Origin: Spirochaetales bacterium | GTDB lineage: Bacteria > Spirochaetota > Spirochaetia > JABEVK01 | Direction: 5' to 3' | NCBI GenBank assembly: GCA_037142615.1 | Contig: JBAXAI010000034.1 | Location: 1-41,222, forward strand | DNA: 41,222 nucleotides | Shown here: piece after piece, positions 17,185-27,168 of the stretch | How positions within the stretch are numbered: position 1 is the stretch's first letter | Layout of the letters: every line of letters begins with the position of its first letter | Made by a program: the position numbers and the translations under genes | Notes under the pieces: generated by a model | What the model saw: the letters and a program-made list of their open reading frames with translations, nothing else | Databases searched by the model: none | Told to the model about the DNA's origin: nothing

Positions 17185-18447
17185 CTACTTCTTAAAGCCA
17201 AGGTAGTCGAGGGTGGCAAACAGATCGGCGTAGGTTTCGGCGCGGCGGATTTGCCGGAACTTGCCCTGGCCCTGCCACAGCACCTCGGCGCTGCGGAGCT
17301 TGGCGTTGTAGTTGAAGCCCATCGAGTGCCCGTGCGCTCCCGATTCGTGGATCACCACCAGGTCACCAATCGCCGGATCGGGAATCTCGCGGTCGATGGC
17401 GAACTTGTCGTTGTTCTCGCACAGCGAACCCGTGACGTCGTACACCTTTCGCGGGGCCTTTTCTTTGCCGGGAACCGTGATGTGGTGGTAGGCCCCGTAC
17501 ATGCCGGGGCGCATCAGGTTGGCCATGCACGCGTCGAGGCCCAGGTATTCCTTGTAGGTGGACTTTTTGTGCAGTACGCGGCTTACGAGATAGCCGTAGG
17601 GGCCGGTAACCATGCGGCCGTTCTCGGTGACCACGCGCAGGGGGTCGAGCCCGGCAGGCACAATGAGTTCGCGGTAGGCTTGCTGGACTCGCTGGCCCAG
17701 CAGTTCCAGGTCCACCGGTTTGTGCTCCGGCCGGTAGGGCACGCCGATCCCGCCGCCGAGGTTGACGAACTCGATGCGCACCCCGGTCGTCTGGTGAATC
17801 TCAACGACCAACTCGAACAGCATGCGGGCCGTCTCGACAAAGTACTCGGTGCTCAGTTCGTTGCTGGCCACCATGGTGTGCAGGCCAAAGCGCTTGACGC
17901 CCTTGGCCTTGAGCTTGCGGTAGCCTTCGAGGATCTGAGGCCGCGTGAAGCCATATTTCGCCTCTTCCGGCTTGCCGATCAGGGCGTTGCCTTCCTTGAG
18001 CGGGCCGGGGTTGTAGCGGAAGCACAGCAGGTCGGGCAGTTTGCCGTCCAGCGCGGATTCGAGGTAATCGATGTGGCTGAGGTCGTCGAGGTTGATGATG
18101 GCTCCGAGCTGGCAGGCTTTCTGGAACTCCTCGGCGGGGGTGTTGTTCGACGAGAACATGATGTTTTCGCCGGTGATGCCGCAGGCCTCGGCCAGCAGCA
18201 GTTCGCCCATCGACGAGCAGTCGGCGCCCATGCCTTCGGTCTTCACCACGTCCATCACGAACGGGTTGGGCAACGCCTTCACCGCGAAGTAGTTTTTGAA
18301 GCCGCCAGGCACCCACGAAAAGGCCTTGTAAAAGCGGCGGGCGTTGGCCCGGATCGCGGCCTCATCGTAAATGTGGAACGGAGTGGGCACCTGGGCGGCC
18401 ACGGCCTCGAGCTGGTCTTTGGTAAAGGGGAGCGTTCTGTCGGTCAT
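17185..18447 (-). CDS. lysA: Diaminopimelate decarboxylase
   Basis: TPFHIYDE, YFAVKA, NLGGGIG, ENGR, RPGMYGAYH, GSLCENND, MGFNYN. Confidence 0.93.
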   Translation of the reverse strand: MTDRTLPFTKDQLEAVAAQVPTPFHIYDEAAIRANARRFYKAFSWVPGGFKNYFAVKALPNPFVMDVVKTEGMGADCSSMGELLLAEACGITGENIMFSSNNTPAEEFQKACQLGAIINLDDLSHIDYLESALDGKLPDLLCFRYNPGPLKEGNALIGKPEEAKYGFTRPQILEGYRKLKAKGVKRFGLHTMVASNELSTEYFVETARMLFELVVEIHQTTGVRIEFVNLGGGIGVPYRPEHKPVDLELLGQRVQQAYRELIVPAGLDPLRVVTENGRMVTGPYGYLVSRVLHKKSTYKEYLGLDACMANLMRPGMYGAYHHITVPGKEKAPRKVYDVTGSLCENNDKFAIDREIPDPAIGDLVVIHESGAHGHSMGFNYNAKLRSAEVLWQGQGKFRQIRRAETYADLFATLDYLGFKK

Positions 18448-18453
18448 AGGCAG

Positions 18454-19710
18454 TCAAAGTACCGTCCTGGCTGGGGGCTCGTCAATCGCGTGACTCTGCG
18501 GGGTCCCGGCTTGGAGCAGGCGTTTGTCGAACAGCATCGCCGCCGCCAGAAGCGTCATCATTGCGCCGGTGATCAGCAGCAACACCTCGATACGCACCAC
18601 CTCGGCCAGCGGACCGTAGAGCAGCATGCCCAGCGGCATCATCGACGTGGTCAGCATGGTGAAAATGCTGAACACGCGGCCCAGGTAGTCGGGGTCGACA
18701 TGTTCCTGGATGAGCACCGCCGCCGCCGTGTTGAAGTAGGGCATGGCGATGCCAAACACGCCCATGGGAATCAGGTAGACCCAGAAGTTGGGGAGCACAC
18801 CCAGCAACAGCGTGCACAATGCCATGATGGCCGTCGCAAACAGCATCGAATGAACGCGATTGCGCCAACCGCCCCAGACGGCGATGAGCACACCCCCGGC
18901 GAGCATTCCCGCCGAAAACACGACCTCGATGGCCGTGAGTCGCCACACGTCGCTGCCAAAGCTTCGGGCCACCTGAAGCGGCGTCAGGAAAGCCGCTGGT
19001 CCTAAAAACAGGAGCAAGACCCCCACAAACACGAAGAACGACACGAGGTAGCGGTGGTCACGTACGTAGCGGAAGCCCAGCTTCAGGTCTGCCAGGTACG
19101 ATACGGTCTGGGGAGCGCTGGCCTTCGCATGAGGTGGCACCTTGAGGAAAAACGCCAGCACCGAGATGGCCAAAGCCGCCGTTCCCACGTCGAGAAAGAA
19201 CACGAGCTCGAGCGGCCACACCGTCATCAGCACCCCGCTCAGGATGGGCGAGGCAAACATCGTCGCCGACTGCAAACTCGACGAAAGGCCGTTCACGCGG
19301 GCCAGTTGTTCCGGCGGCACAAATTGCGGCAACAGGGCCCCGACGGCAGGCCCTTGAACGGCCTGGCCCACCGCGCGGATGGCAGCGGTGACCATCACGA
19401 GCCACAGGGCCTCCTGCCCGGCCATAAACACCAGCGCGAGCACCAGCGTCGCGAGGGCGATGGCCCCGTCCGACAGAATGATCAGCCGCTTGCGGTTCAT
19501 CCGGTCGGCCCAAACCCCCGCGAACGGCGACACCAGAAAACTGGGCACAAACCCGCACAGCACAAACAACGTCATCACCCAGCCTGACTTCGTAGCCAGC
19601 GTCACGTGCCACATCAGCGCGTACTGCACCAGAGACGAACCGAACAGCGACAACGTCTGACTCGTGAGAAACAGCGCCGTTTGGCGCTTCCAAGACTGCG
19701 GAGCATCCAT
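18454..19710 (-). CDS. MFS transporter, DHA3/MefA-like
   Basis: SQTLSLFGSSLVQYALMW, AGVWADRMNRKRL, GRVFSI; ~12 TM segments. Confidence 0.88.
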   Translation of the reverse strand: MDAPQSWKRQTALFLTSQTLSLFGSSLVQYALMWHVTLATKSGWVMTLFVLCGFVPSFLVSPFAGVWADRMNRKRLIILSDGAIALATLVLALVFMAGQEALWLVMVTAAIRAVGQAVQGPAVGALLPQFVPPEQLARVNGLSSSLQSATMFASPILSGVLMTVWPLELVFFLDVGTAALAISVLAFFLKVPPHAKASAPQTVSYLADLKLGFRYVRDHRYLVSFFVFVGVLLLFLGPAAFLTPLQVARSFGSDVWRLTAIEVVFSAGMLAGGVLIAVWGGWRNRVHSMLFATAIMALCTLLLGVLPNFWVYLIPMGVFGIAMPYFNTAAAVLIQEHVDPDYLGRVFSIFTMLTTSMMPLGMLLYGPLAEVVRIEVLLLITGAMMTLLAAAMLFDKRLLQAGTPQSHAIDEPPARTVL

Positions 19711-19740
19711 GGATGGCAGAATAGCACACCGCCAGCAAGG

Positions 19741-19998
19741 CAAGACCCCGGCCACGGACCTGCGGTCCTTAGGCCCGGAGAAGCGCGGAGACGCGCTTTC
19801 GCGCTTACTCCCGGCGCTTCTCCCCGCTCCTGTGCACAGGAAGTGGAAGGCCAGGGCCAGCTTGTGAAGCCCGGGGGTGGCAGAGGGGGAGCGGTGCGAA
19901 GCAATACGAAGGCTTGCGTAGACACCGCTCCCCCTCTGACAAGACCCCGGCCACGGACCTACGGTCCTTAGGCCCGGAGAAGCGCGGAACGCTTCTCC
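19741..19998. repeat. Tandem 49-bp direct repeats with intervening long hairpin
   Basis: 19741-19789 vs 19940-19988 are 48/49 identical; 16-bp perfect inverted repeat 19881-19896/19923-19938. Confidence 0.85.
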
Positions 19999-20029
19999 CC
20001 AAGTCTCCCGCACCCCCAAACGTGGCGAT

Positions 20030-20173
20030 GGAATCGGGGAGCCCGAGCCAGAGATCTAGCTTGGGGTGGCGCAGAGGGGAGGCTGCGGAGCAATACGCAA
20101 GTCTTGCGCAGACAGCCTCCCCTCTGTGCCAGGCCCCCCGAGTGCGCCTTACTGGCTCGGGCTCCCCGATTCC
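20030..20173. mobile_element. MITE/REPIN-like element with 22-bp perfect terminal inverted repeats
   Basis: GGAATCGGGGAGCCCGAGCCAG ... CTGGCTCGGGCTCCCCGATTCC enclosing a 14-bp stem (20072-20126); no obvious target duplication. Confidence 0.55.
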
Positions 20174-20187
20174 GGTAGACTCACCCC

Positions 20188-21228
20188 ATGGATGAAGTCA
20201 TGATCTCGAAAAAGAAGCCCTCGTTCCCGGTGACGGGGCGCTTCCACCGCTATATGAAGGACTACGAGCGGGAGCTGGACTTCGAGCTGAAGTACGAAGA
20301 CCTCTGGGGCTGGACCGAGGCTATTGCCCTCGAAGACAAAAACGGCAACAACTCGATGTGGGAAACGCTCATCCATGCGCCTTCGATGCGTAGCGAGCTC
20401 GACGAAAACCTCAAGGTGCTCTACTGCCAACTCAAGATGGCCGGCGATCTTTCGGCGGTGAAGCACCTCGACATCGACCGCATCGACTTCTGCCACTTTG
20501 CCAACAGCCACCCGTTCCGCATCCGCGTCGTCAACAGCTACAACGACAACCAAGACTACTTCTACGTCAAAAAGGCCGACGCCAACCGCCTCTACGGCCT
20601 CGAAATGGAACAACTGCTGTCGCCCAACAACATCAACTTCCTTGTCAGGGGCGACACGCTCGTGGAAGAGCACATCATGGGCATTCCCGGTGACGACTTT
20701 TTGGCCGGGTACTTCATGCGTCCGGGCATCAACAAAGTCCGTGTCTGCAAGGAGTTCGTGAAGTTCAATGAGCGCTGCCTGACGCGCCTGCTCGGCGACA
20801 TGCGGGCCTACAACTACGTGATGGACGTTACCCTCGACTTCGACGAGGAACAGTACCGCGTGCGCGCCATCGACTTCGACCAGCAGAGCTACGAGGGCGA
20901 TATCAAGGTGTACCTGCCGCAGTTCCACAAGGAGAATCGCCCCATCGTCGATCTGGTGCGTGAGTTGCTCACCGTCGACACTATCCGGCAGTATCAGGTC
21001 GAGGAGCGCGCCCTCATGGCCCGCCGTGCCAAGAACAACTGGACCCGCATCAACGAACTGCTCGACTGCATGGAGCACGACGAGATCTCTACCCCCGAGA
21101 AGGTGAAGGAGTTAGGGCAGGGCCTGGCCAAGTTCCACAAGAATGACGACTTCCGCGCCTGCTCCAACATGGGTGAAATCCTGCGAAAGAACCTCGAAAC
21201 GGTGCTCAAACTCGACGAGGTGAGGTGA
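20188..21228 (+). CDS. Conserved hypothetical protein, predicted atypical (HipA/PI-kinase-like) kinase fold
   Basis: [28 protein letters not shown] in kinase order; strong codon bias. Confidence 0.7.
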   Translation: MDEVMISKKKPSFPVTGRFHRYMKDYERELDFELKYEDLWGWTEAIALEDKNGNNSMWETLIHAPSMRSELDENLKVLYCQLKMAGDLSAVKHLDIDRIDFCHFANSHPFRIRVVNSYNDNQDYFYVKKADANRLYGLEMEQLLSPNNINFLVRGDTLVEEHIMGIPGDDFLAGYFMRPGINKVRVCKEFVKFNERCLTRLLGDMRAYNYVMDVTLDFDEEQYRVRAIDFDQQSYEGDIKVYLPQFHKENRPIVDLVRELLTVDTIRQYQVEERALMARRAKNNWTRINELLDCMEHDEISTPEKVKELGQGLAKFHKNDDFRACSNMGEILRKNLETVLKLDEVR

Positions 21229-23326
21229 CGTACTTGTTCAAGATGCTGCGGAAGTCGTCCATGCGCACGGGCTTGCTCAGGTAGTCGTCAAAGCCCGAAG
21301 CGAGCAGGGTTTCGCGGTCGCCCGGCAACGCGTGCCCCGAAAGCGCCACGATCACCAGATCGCGCCCGCCCGGGAGCGCCCGGATGAGCCCCGTCGCCTC
21401 CTGCCCGTCCATTTCGGGCATTTGCCAGTCCATGAAGATCAGGTCAAAGTACTGCGTGGCGGCGATTTTCACGGCTTGGGCCCCGTCACTGGCCAACTCG
21501 ACGGTGGCGCCCAGCTTGCTCAGCATGCGCTGGGCAACCTCCTGGTTGCTCAGGTTGTCTTCCACCAGCAGGACCCGTGCCGGGTGCGGGTTTGCCGCAG
21601 CCTGGGCCACCTCGTTGGGCCGGCTTGCAGTCAGTTCCGAGCGGATCGGCAGAGTCAGGCAGAAGGTGCTTCCCTGACCGAGTTGACTTTGCACGGTCAG
21701 CGTACCTCCGAGCAGGCCTGCCAGCGACCGGCTGATGGCCAGGCCGAGCCCGGTCCCGCCGTAAGGCCGACTTTTTCCCTGTGCTCCTTGAACGAACTTC
21801 TCGAAGATTTTTTCCTGGATTTCGGCCGGAATGCCGATCCCGGTGTCGCGCACGATAATCCGCAGTTCGTGCTCGGTAAACTGCGCTTCTACGTAAATAT
21901 GGCCCCTGTGCGTGAACTTCACGGCGTTCGACAAAAGGTTGCCCAGAATCTGCCGAAAACGCAGCACGTCACCCCAGATCCATTCAGGCGCGGCACCGGG
22001 CAGGTGGGCGATCACGCTCAGGCCTTTTTCGAGCGCCGGTGCGCGGAACGTGTCGACGAGCAACTGCAGTTGGGGACGCCACTCGAAGGGTCGAAGATCC
22101 GCGGCCAGGCGGCCCGCTTCGAGCCGTGAAAACACCAGGGTGTCCTCGATGAGGCCCAGAAGGGTTTCACCCGAGGCCAGAATGTCACGGAAAGCCTTCT
22201 TGTCGTCTTGAGTCGTCGCCAAGGCCGAAAGGTGGTCGGCGTTGCCCAGGATGGCGTTGAGTGGAGTGCGCAGTTCGTGGCTCATCGTCGCCAGGAAGTC
22301 ACTCTTGGCCTGATTGGCGGCCTGCAACGCTTCGGCGGCAGCGTGCTGTTCCGAAACATCGGTGACGAGCCCGTTGACCACCTGGGTGCCGACGCTGGTG
22401 ATGTGGGTGGTGATGCTGATCTTGAGCCAAATCCGCAACCTGGCGGGATGGTGGTACACAAACTCGCACTCCCAGTTGCGAGGATCGGTCGCGGCGTTGT
22501 CAAAGTGCAGCTTCAGCGCGCGGCGGAACGTCCTGTCCGTGCGCCGAAAAAACCGTAACGGCTGTTCGATGAGGGCCGCCGGCTCCAGACCGAGCAAGTC
22601 ACGGCTGCCTTCGCTCGCAAACTGCAAGAGCGACTGATCACCGCGCACCTCGGCCTGCAACAGCACCCCCGGAAAATGCTGGGCGAGCACGTTGAGCCGG
22701 GCGTCGGTGGCCCGGCGGAGCCGGTCACTTTGGGCCGCGCGGTCAAAGGCCTTTTTGAGGCTGCGGGCGTGGAAGGAGCTGAACGAACCCGCCAGGAACA
22801 AGAAGACCATGCGGAACTCTTGGTCGCGGAAGAACCCGCTGTACGGCTCGAAAGCGAAGTACAGGAGCACAAAGCCGCCGTAGACCAACAGGCTCGCGAG
22901 CCCGTTGAAGACCGTCAGAATCGGCATTTCCCGCAGGGTCGAAAAAAGAATCAGCATGAACAGGATGGCGTAGCCCCACGAGAGGTTGGCCGTGATCGAC
23001 GAGAAGGCGTTGTCGGAAGCCGCCAGCGTCAACGCAAACCCGACGGTGAAAAAGCTGAGGTCAGTGAGCGTGGTGAACCAAGGCAAATAGCGGGGAAAGA
23101 AGCCCCTCGATACGGCGGCTTGCACCAGGAGCGCATAGAAGAAGCCTGCCGCCAAGAGCAGGGGGATCACCGTGACGGGGCCCGCCGTGATCCGGATTGT
23201 GCCCGTGGCGTCCTGAAGAAAATAGGCAAACGTCAGGAAACTCAGGACGACCAGACGCACCACGTTGATGTACTTTTCAGCCTGACGCTTCTGTATCAGG
23301 ATCTCGCGTTGTTCGAGGGTCGACAT
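21206..23326 (-). CDS. Membrane hybrid histidine kinase (TM-PAS-like-HisKA-HATPase-REC)
   Basis: [52 protein letters not shown]. Confidence 0.93.
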   Translation of the reverse strand: MSTLEQREILIQKRQAEKYINVVRLVVLSFLTFAYFLQDATGTIRITAGPVTVIPLLLAAGFFYALLVQAAVSRGFFPRYLPWFTTLTDLSFFTVGFALTLAASDNAFSSITANLSWGYAILFMLILFSTLREMPILTVFNGLASLLVYGGFVLLYFAFEPYSGFFRDQEFRMVFLFLAGSFSSFHARSLKKAFDRAAQSDRLRRATDARLNVLAQHFPGVLLQAEVRGDQSLLQFASEGSRDLLGLEPAALIEQPLRFFRRTDRTFRRALKLHFDNAATDPRNWECEFVYHHPARLRIWLKISITTHITSVGTQVVNGLVTDVSEQHAAAEALQAANQAKSDFLATMSHELRTPLNAILGNADHLSALATTQDDKKAFRDILASGETLLGLIEDTLVFSRLEAGRLAADLRPFEWRPQLQLLVDTFRAPALEKGLSVIAHLPGAAPEWIWGDVLRFRQILGNLLSNAVKFTHRGHIYVEAQFTEHELRIIVRDTGIGIPAEIQEKIFEKFVQGAQGKSRPYGGTGLGLAISRSLAGLLGGTLTVQSQLGQGSTFCLTLPIRSELTASRPNEVAQAAANPHPARVLLVEDNLSNQEVAQRMLSKLGATVELASDGAQAVKIAATQYFDLIFMDWQMPEMDGQEATGLIRALPGGRDLVIVALSGHALPGDRETLLASGFDDYLSKPVRMDDFRSILNKYVTSPRRV

Positions 23327-23423
23327 GGCCCCATCCTACCCGGAAGCCCCCCAACCGTCCATGGACTTCACTTTTCGGCGGCTTTCAGGTTAAGGTTGGG
23401 CCACTCTCGATACTGGAGCTGCC

Positions 23424-24356
23424 ATGAAGACTGTGTTTTTCTTTCCTGGCCAGGGGGCGCAAGTGCCCGGTATGGCCAAGGACCTGTTTGAACATTCGGC
23501 CGCCGTCCGCGAGCTGTTTGACCTGGCCACGGCCGAAACCGGCATCGATGCCAAACACTTGTTGTTCGAGGCCACAGCCGACGAACTCAAGGAAACCGTC
23601 AATACCCAGGTTTCGATCACGCTTGCCAACCTTGCCAGCGCGCAGGTGCTGCGCGAGTCGCGCATCGAGTCGCAAGCGGTCGCTGGCTTCAGTCTGGGTG
23701 AGTACGCCGCGTTGGTAGAGGCTGGGGTTCTGACAGCCAAACAGGTATTCCCGCTGGTGAAACTTCGTGGCGAGCTGATGGCCAAGGCTGCCGCCTCGCT
23801 CGACAGGTCAGCCGGCGACCCCGGCATGGCTGCGGTGCTGGGCCTGGGCCCCGAAGCCGTGGAGAAGGTTCTTGCCGATGCCAACATCCCTGACCTCTAC
23901 GGGGCCAACTTCAACTCGCCGGTTCAAGTAGTCATTTCGGGCACGGCCGCCGCGATCACCGCCGGCACCGAGGCTCTCAAGGCCGCCGGAGCCCGCCGCG
24001 TGATGGTGCTCAAGGTTTCGGGACCGTTCCACTCGCCCCTGTTGGCCTCTGCTGGCGAAGGCCTTGCGCGGGCCCTGAAGTCGGTCGAGTTCCGCGACCC
24101 CCAAAAGGCGTTGTACTCCAATGTCACCGGGGCCCTTGTCAAAACCGGTGCCGAAGCCAGAGACCTCGCCGTCAAACAGGTCACCGCGCCCGTCCGCTGG
24201 ACCACCGAAGAAAAGGCCTTGTTCGAAGCCGGCTACGACCGGTACATCGAAGTCGGTCCCGGAACCGTCCTGCAGGGCCTGTGGGGCGCCTACCAGCCCG
24301 ACGTGCCCTGCCACTCGGCCGCAACGCTCGAACTCATCCGCCAAATCGGCGTTTAG
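23424..24356 (+). CDS. fabD: Malonyl-CoA:ACP transacylase
   Basis: FPGQGAQ, GFSLGEY, GPFHS, IEVGPG. Confidence 0.95.
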   Translation: MKTVFFFPGQGAQVPGMAKDLFEHSAAVRELFDLATAETGIDAKHLLFEATADELKETVNTQVSITLANLASAQVLRESRIESQAVAGFSLGEYAALVEAGVLTAKQVFPLVKLRGELMAKAAASLDRSAGDPGMAAVLGLGPEAVEKVLADANIPDLYGANFNSPVQVVISGTAAAITAGTEALKAAGARRVMVLKVSGPFHSPLLASAGEGLARALKSVEFRDPQKALYSNVTGALVKTGAEARDLAVKQVTAPVRWTTEEKALFEAGYDRYIEVGPGTVLQGLWGAYQPDVPCHSAATLELIRQIGV

Positions 24357-24364
24357 GAGAACTC

Positions 24365-25105
24365 ATGCTGCTCACAGGAAAAAAAGCCATTGTCACCGGC
24401 GGTTCCAAGGGAATCGGCCGGGCTGTCGTCGAAAAGTTCCTTCGCGAGGGCGCGGTGGTGTACACCATCAGCCGGAGCGAGGGTGACCTCGAAGCCCTGC
24501 AGGCCGTGGCCACCGAGGCCGGCACCGAAGTCCTGTTTCGAAAGGCCGATGTGTCGGTCGAGGCCGAGATCACGGCCGTCATCAAAGACATCCTCAAGGA
24601 GTCCGGCGGCATCGACATCGTGGTCAACAACGCCGGCGTCACCCGCGACGGCCTGATTGCCCGCATGAGCGGCGAGGCCTGGGCCGAAGTGCTCCAGGTG
24701 AACCTGGCCAGCGCCTTTTACATCTGCAAGGCCGTTTCGATGCACTTGCTTTCCCGGCGCGGTGGATCGATCATCAATATGAGCTCGGTGGTCGGTTTGC
24801 ACGGCAACGCGGGCCAGACCAACTACGCGGCGTCAAAGTCGGGCCTCATCGGGCTCACGCAGAGCCTTGCGCAGGAACTGGCCCCCCGCGGCGTCCGGGT
24901 CAACGCCATTTGCCCCGGGTTCATCGAGACCGACATGACCGACAAACTGACCGACGACGTCAAAGAGAAGTTGTTCGCTCGCATTCCCCTGGCCCGCATG
25001 GGCCGCACCGAAGAAGTCGCCAACGTGGCGCTGTACCTGGCTTCGGATCTGTCCACCTACGTGACCGGACAGGCCTTGTCAGTCGACGGCGGCATGTTCA
25101 TGTAA
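24365..25105 (+). CDS. fabG: 3-oxoacyl-ACP reductase
   Basis: TGGSKGIG, NNAGVTRD, YAASK, PGFIETDMT; SD AGGAGA. Confidence 0.95.
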   Translation: MLLTGKKAIVTGGSKGIGRAVVEKFLREGAVVYTISRSEGDLEALQAVATEAGTEVLFRKADVSVEAEITAVIKDILKESGGIDIVVNNAGVTRDGLIARMSGEAWAEVLQVNLASAFYICKAVSMHLLSRRGGSIINMSSVVGLHGNAGQTNYAASKSGLIGLTQSLAQELAPRGVRVNAICPGFIETDMTDKLTDDVKEKLFARIPLARMGRTEEVANVALYLASDLSTYVTGQALSVDGGMFM

Positions 25106-25117
25106 CAGGAGATCCTT

Positions 25118-26371
25118 ATGAACCGAAGAGTTGTCGTCACCGGGATGGGAACCGTCAATTCCCTGGGCCACGATGTCGAGTCCACCTGGGCCGCCGTCAA
25201 GGCCTCGAAGAGCGGCATCGGCCCCATCACCCACGTCGATCCCACCGAACTGAGCTGCAAAATCGCCGGCGAGGTAAAGGACTTTGATCCCTCGAAGTAC
25301 CTCGACAGCAAAGAGGCCCGCAAGATGGACCCCTTTTCGGTGTTTGCCGCGTACGCCGCGTTGCAGGCCCTCGAAGACGCGAAAATCAAGGTTGGCGAAA
25401 CGGTGGCCAACGACCGCGTCGGCACCGTGCTCGGCAACGGCATCGGCGGCGTGCAGGCCCTCGAAGTCGCCTACCAGAAGATCTTCACCGGTGGCGGTCC
25501 CACCCGCATTCCCCCCATGAGCGTACCCAAGCTCATCAGCAACGAGGCCCCCGGCAACGTGGCCATTCTTGTCGGCGCCGAAGGCCCCTGCTACTCGCTG
25601 CTCACCGCCTGTTCCGCCGCCACCGATGCTATCAGCGACTCGGCCCGCTGGATCAAAGACGGCACCTGCGACGTCATGATCACCGGCGGCACCGAAGCGG
25701 CCATCACCCTGCTGGGCATCGGCGGCTTCTGCGTGCTCAAGGCCGTCACCAGCAAGTTCAACGACGAGCCGACCAAGGGCAGCCGCCCCTTCGACAAGGA
25801 CCGCAGTGGGTTCGTCATGGGCGAGGGCGCTGGCATCCTCATCCTCGAAGAATACGAACACGCCAAGGCTCGTGGAGCCAAGATCTACGCCGAACTGGTC
25901 GGTTACGGCATGACCTGCGACGCCTACCACCTCACCAGCCCCCAAAGCGAGGGAAAGGGTGCGATCGCCGCCATGCGCAACGCGCTCAAGATGGCCGGCC
26001 TCAAACCCGAAGACGTCGACTACGTGAACGCCCACGGCACGAGCACCGAAATCAATGACCCCACCGAGACCAAGGCCATCAAGGCCGTCTTCGGCGACCA
26101 CGCCTACAAGCTCAAAGTCAGTTCGACCAAGAGCATGACCGGCCACTGCATCGGCGCGGCGGGCGGCATCGAGGCGATTTTTTCGATTCTCGCTCTCCGG
26201 GACCAATGGGTTCCGCCCACCCTTAACCTCGACAATCCTGACCTGGAGGCTGGGTGCGACCTCGACTACGTTCCTCACAAGGGCGTCAGCCACAAGGTCA
26301 ACGTCGTGATGAGCAACACCCTGGGATTCGGCGGTCACAACGGTGTGGTTGTGTTTCGGGCCGTAAAATGA
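25118..26371 (+). CDS. fabF: 3-oxoacyl-ACP synthase II
   Basis: RRVVVTGMG, TACS, NAHGTST, KSMTGH, GFGGHN. Confidence 0.95.
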   Translation: MNRRVVVTGMGTVNSLGHDVESTWAAVKASKSGIGPITHVDPTELSCKIAGEVKDFDPSKYLDSKEARKMDPFSVFAAYAALQALEDAKIKVGETVANDRVGTVLGNGIGGVQALEVAYQKIFTGGGPTRIPPMSVPKLISNEAPGNVAILVGAEGPCYSLLTACSAATDAISDSARWIKDGTCDVMITGGTEAAITLLGIGGFCVLKAVTSKFNDEPTKGSRPFDKDRSGFVMGEGAGILILEEYEHAKARGAKIYAELVGYGMTCDAYHLTSPQSEGKGAIAAMRNALKMAGLKPEDVDYVNAHGTSTEINDPTETKAIKAVFGDHAYKLKVSSTKSMTGHCIGAAGGIEAIFSILALRDQWVPPTLNLDNPDLEAGCDLDYVPHKGVSHKVNVVMSNTLGFGGHNGVVVFRAVK

Positions 26372-27168
26372 GCGCCGAGCCGGCTCCTGGGGGCCTGGAG
26401 GGCAAGGGTGGCATGGAAGGCAAGAAGGTCTTCTTCCTCTACCCCAACTCCGTCATTCAGACCGATATGGTGTCCGAGCTCATCAAAAACGAGTACGAAA
26501 TCTACCTGGTCAAGGACCATAACAAGGCGCTGAGCCTTTTCAAGAAGTACCCGGACTCCGTCGTGTTCATCAACATCGACGAGGGGATGAAAGAGCCCGA
26601 GTGGGAAGAGTACATCCAAACGTTGCAGAACGACCCCGACATGGACCAGCTGCGCATCGGCATTCTCACGTACAACAACGACGCCGACCTGGCCCAGAAG
26701 TACCTGATGGACCTCATGGTGTCGGCGGGGTTCGTCAAGCTGAGCCTGGGCCTCAAAGAGAGCACCGGCATCGTCCTCAAGGTGCTCGAAGCCAACGAGG
26801 CGCGCGGCCGTCGAAAGTACCTGCGGGTCAAGTGCGGCGACAGAAACTCCACCCTCAACTTCAAGTCGTTTGACAAAATGTTTGTCGGCACCGTGATGGA
26901 CATCAGTTCGGTCGGAATGGCCTGCACCTTCGACCCCGATCCGGGGCTGGCCGCGCACGCGATGGCGGAGTCGATCCAACTCAAGCTCAAGGGCACCTTG
27001 TGCCTCGTCTCGGGTATCGTGATGGGCACCCGAAAAGACGGCGAGCAGACCACCTACGTCTTGCTCTTCGATCCCAAGACCGGCCCCGACATCAAAACCA
27101 AGATCCGCAACTTTATGCAGTGGTCGTTGCAGAGTCACATCGAAGCCGAGCTGGAGACTCTGAAGTGA
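26368..27168 (+). CDS. PilZ domain protein
   Basis: RRKYLR (RxxxR) and DISSVG (DxSxxG); ATGA overlap with fabF. Confidence 0.85.
   Translation: MSAEPAPGGLEGKGGMEGKKVFFLYPNSVIQTDMVSELIKNEYEIYLVKDHNKALSLFKKYPDSVVFINIDEGMKEPEWEEYIQTLQNDPDMDQLRIGILTYNNDADLAQKYLMDLMVSAGFVKLSLGLKESTGIVLKVLEANEARGRRKYLRVKCGDRNSTLNFKSFDKMFVGTVMDISSVGMACTFDPDPGLAAHAMAESIQLKLKGTLCLVSGIVMGTRKDGEQTTYVLLFDPKTGPDIKTKIRNFMQWSLQSHIEAELETLK

Noticed and set aside
16603-19005. 800-aa plus-strand ORF and similar long antisense ORFs (5294-6625, 25079-26338, 33534-34640, 38243-39436)
   Set aside because: Shadows of well-supported opposite-strand genes caused by GC-rich codon bias; no motifs
19741-19988. CRISPR array
   Set aside because: Only two 49-bp repeats at a 199-bp period with a structured spacer, and no cas genes
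19711-20019. N-terminal extension of the MFS ORF with a repeated peptide
   Set aside because: Translation of the intergenic DNA repeat; the real start is ATG 19710
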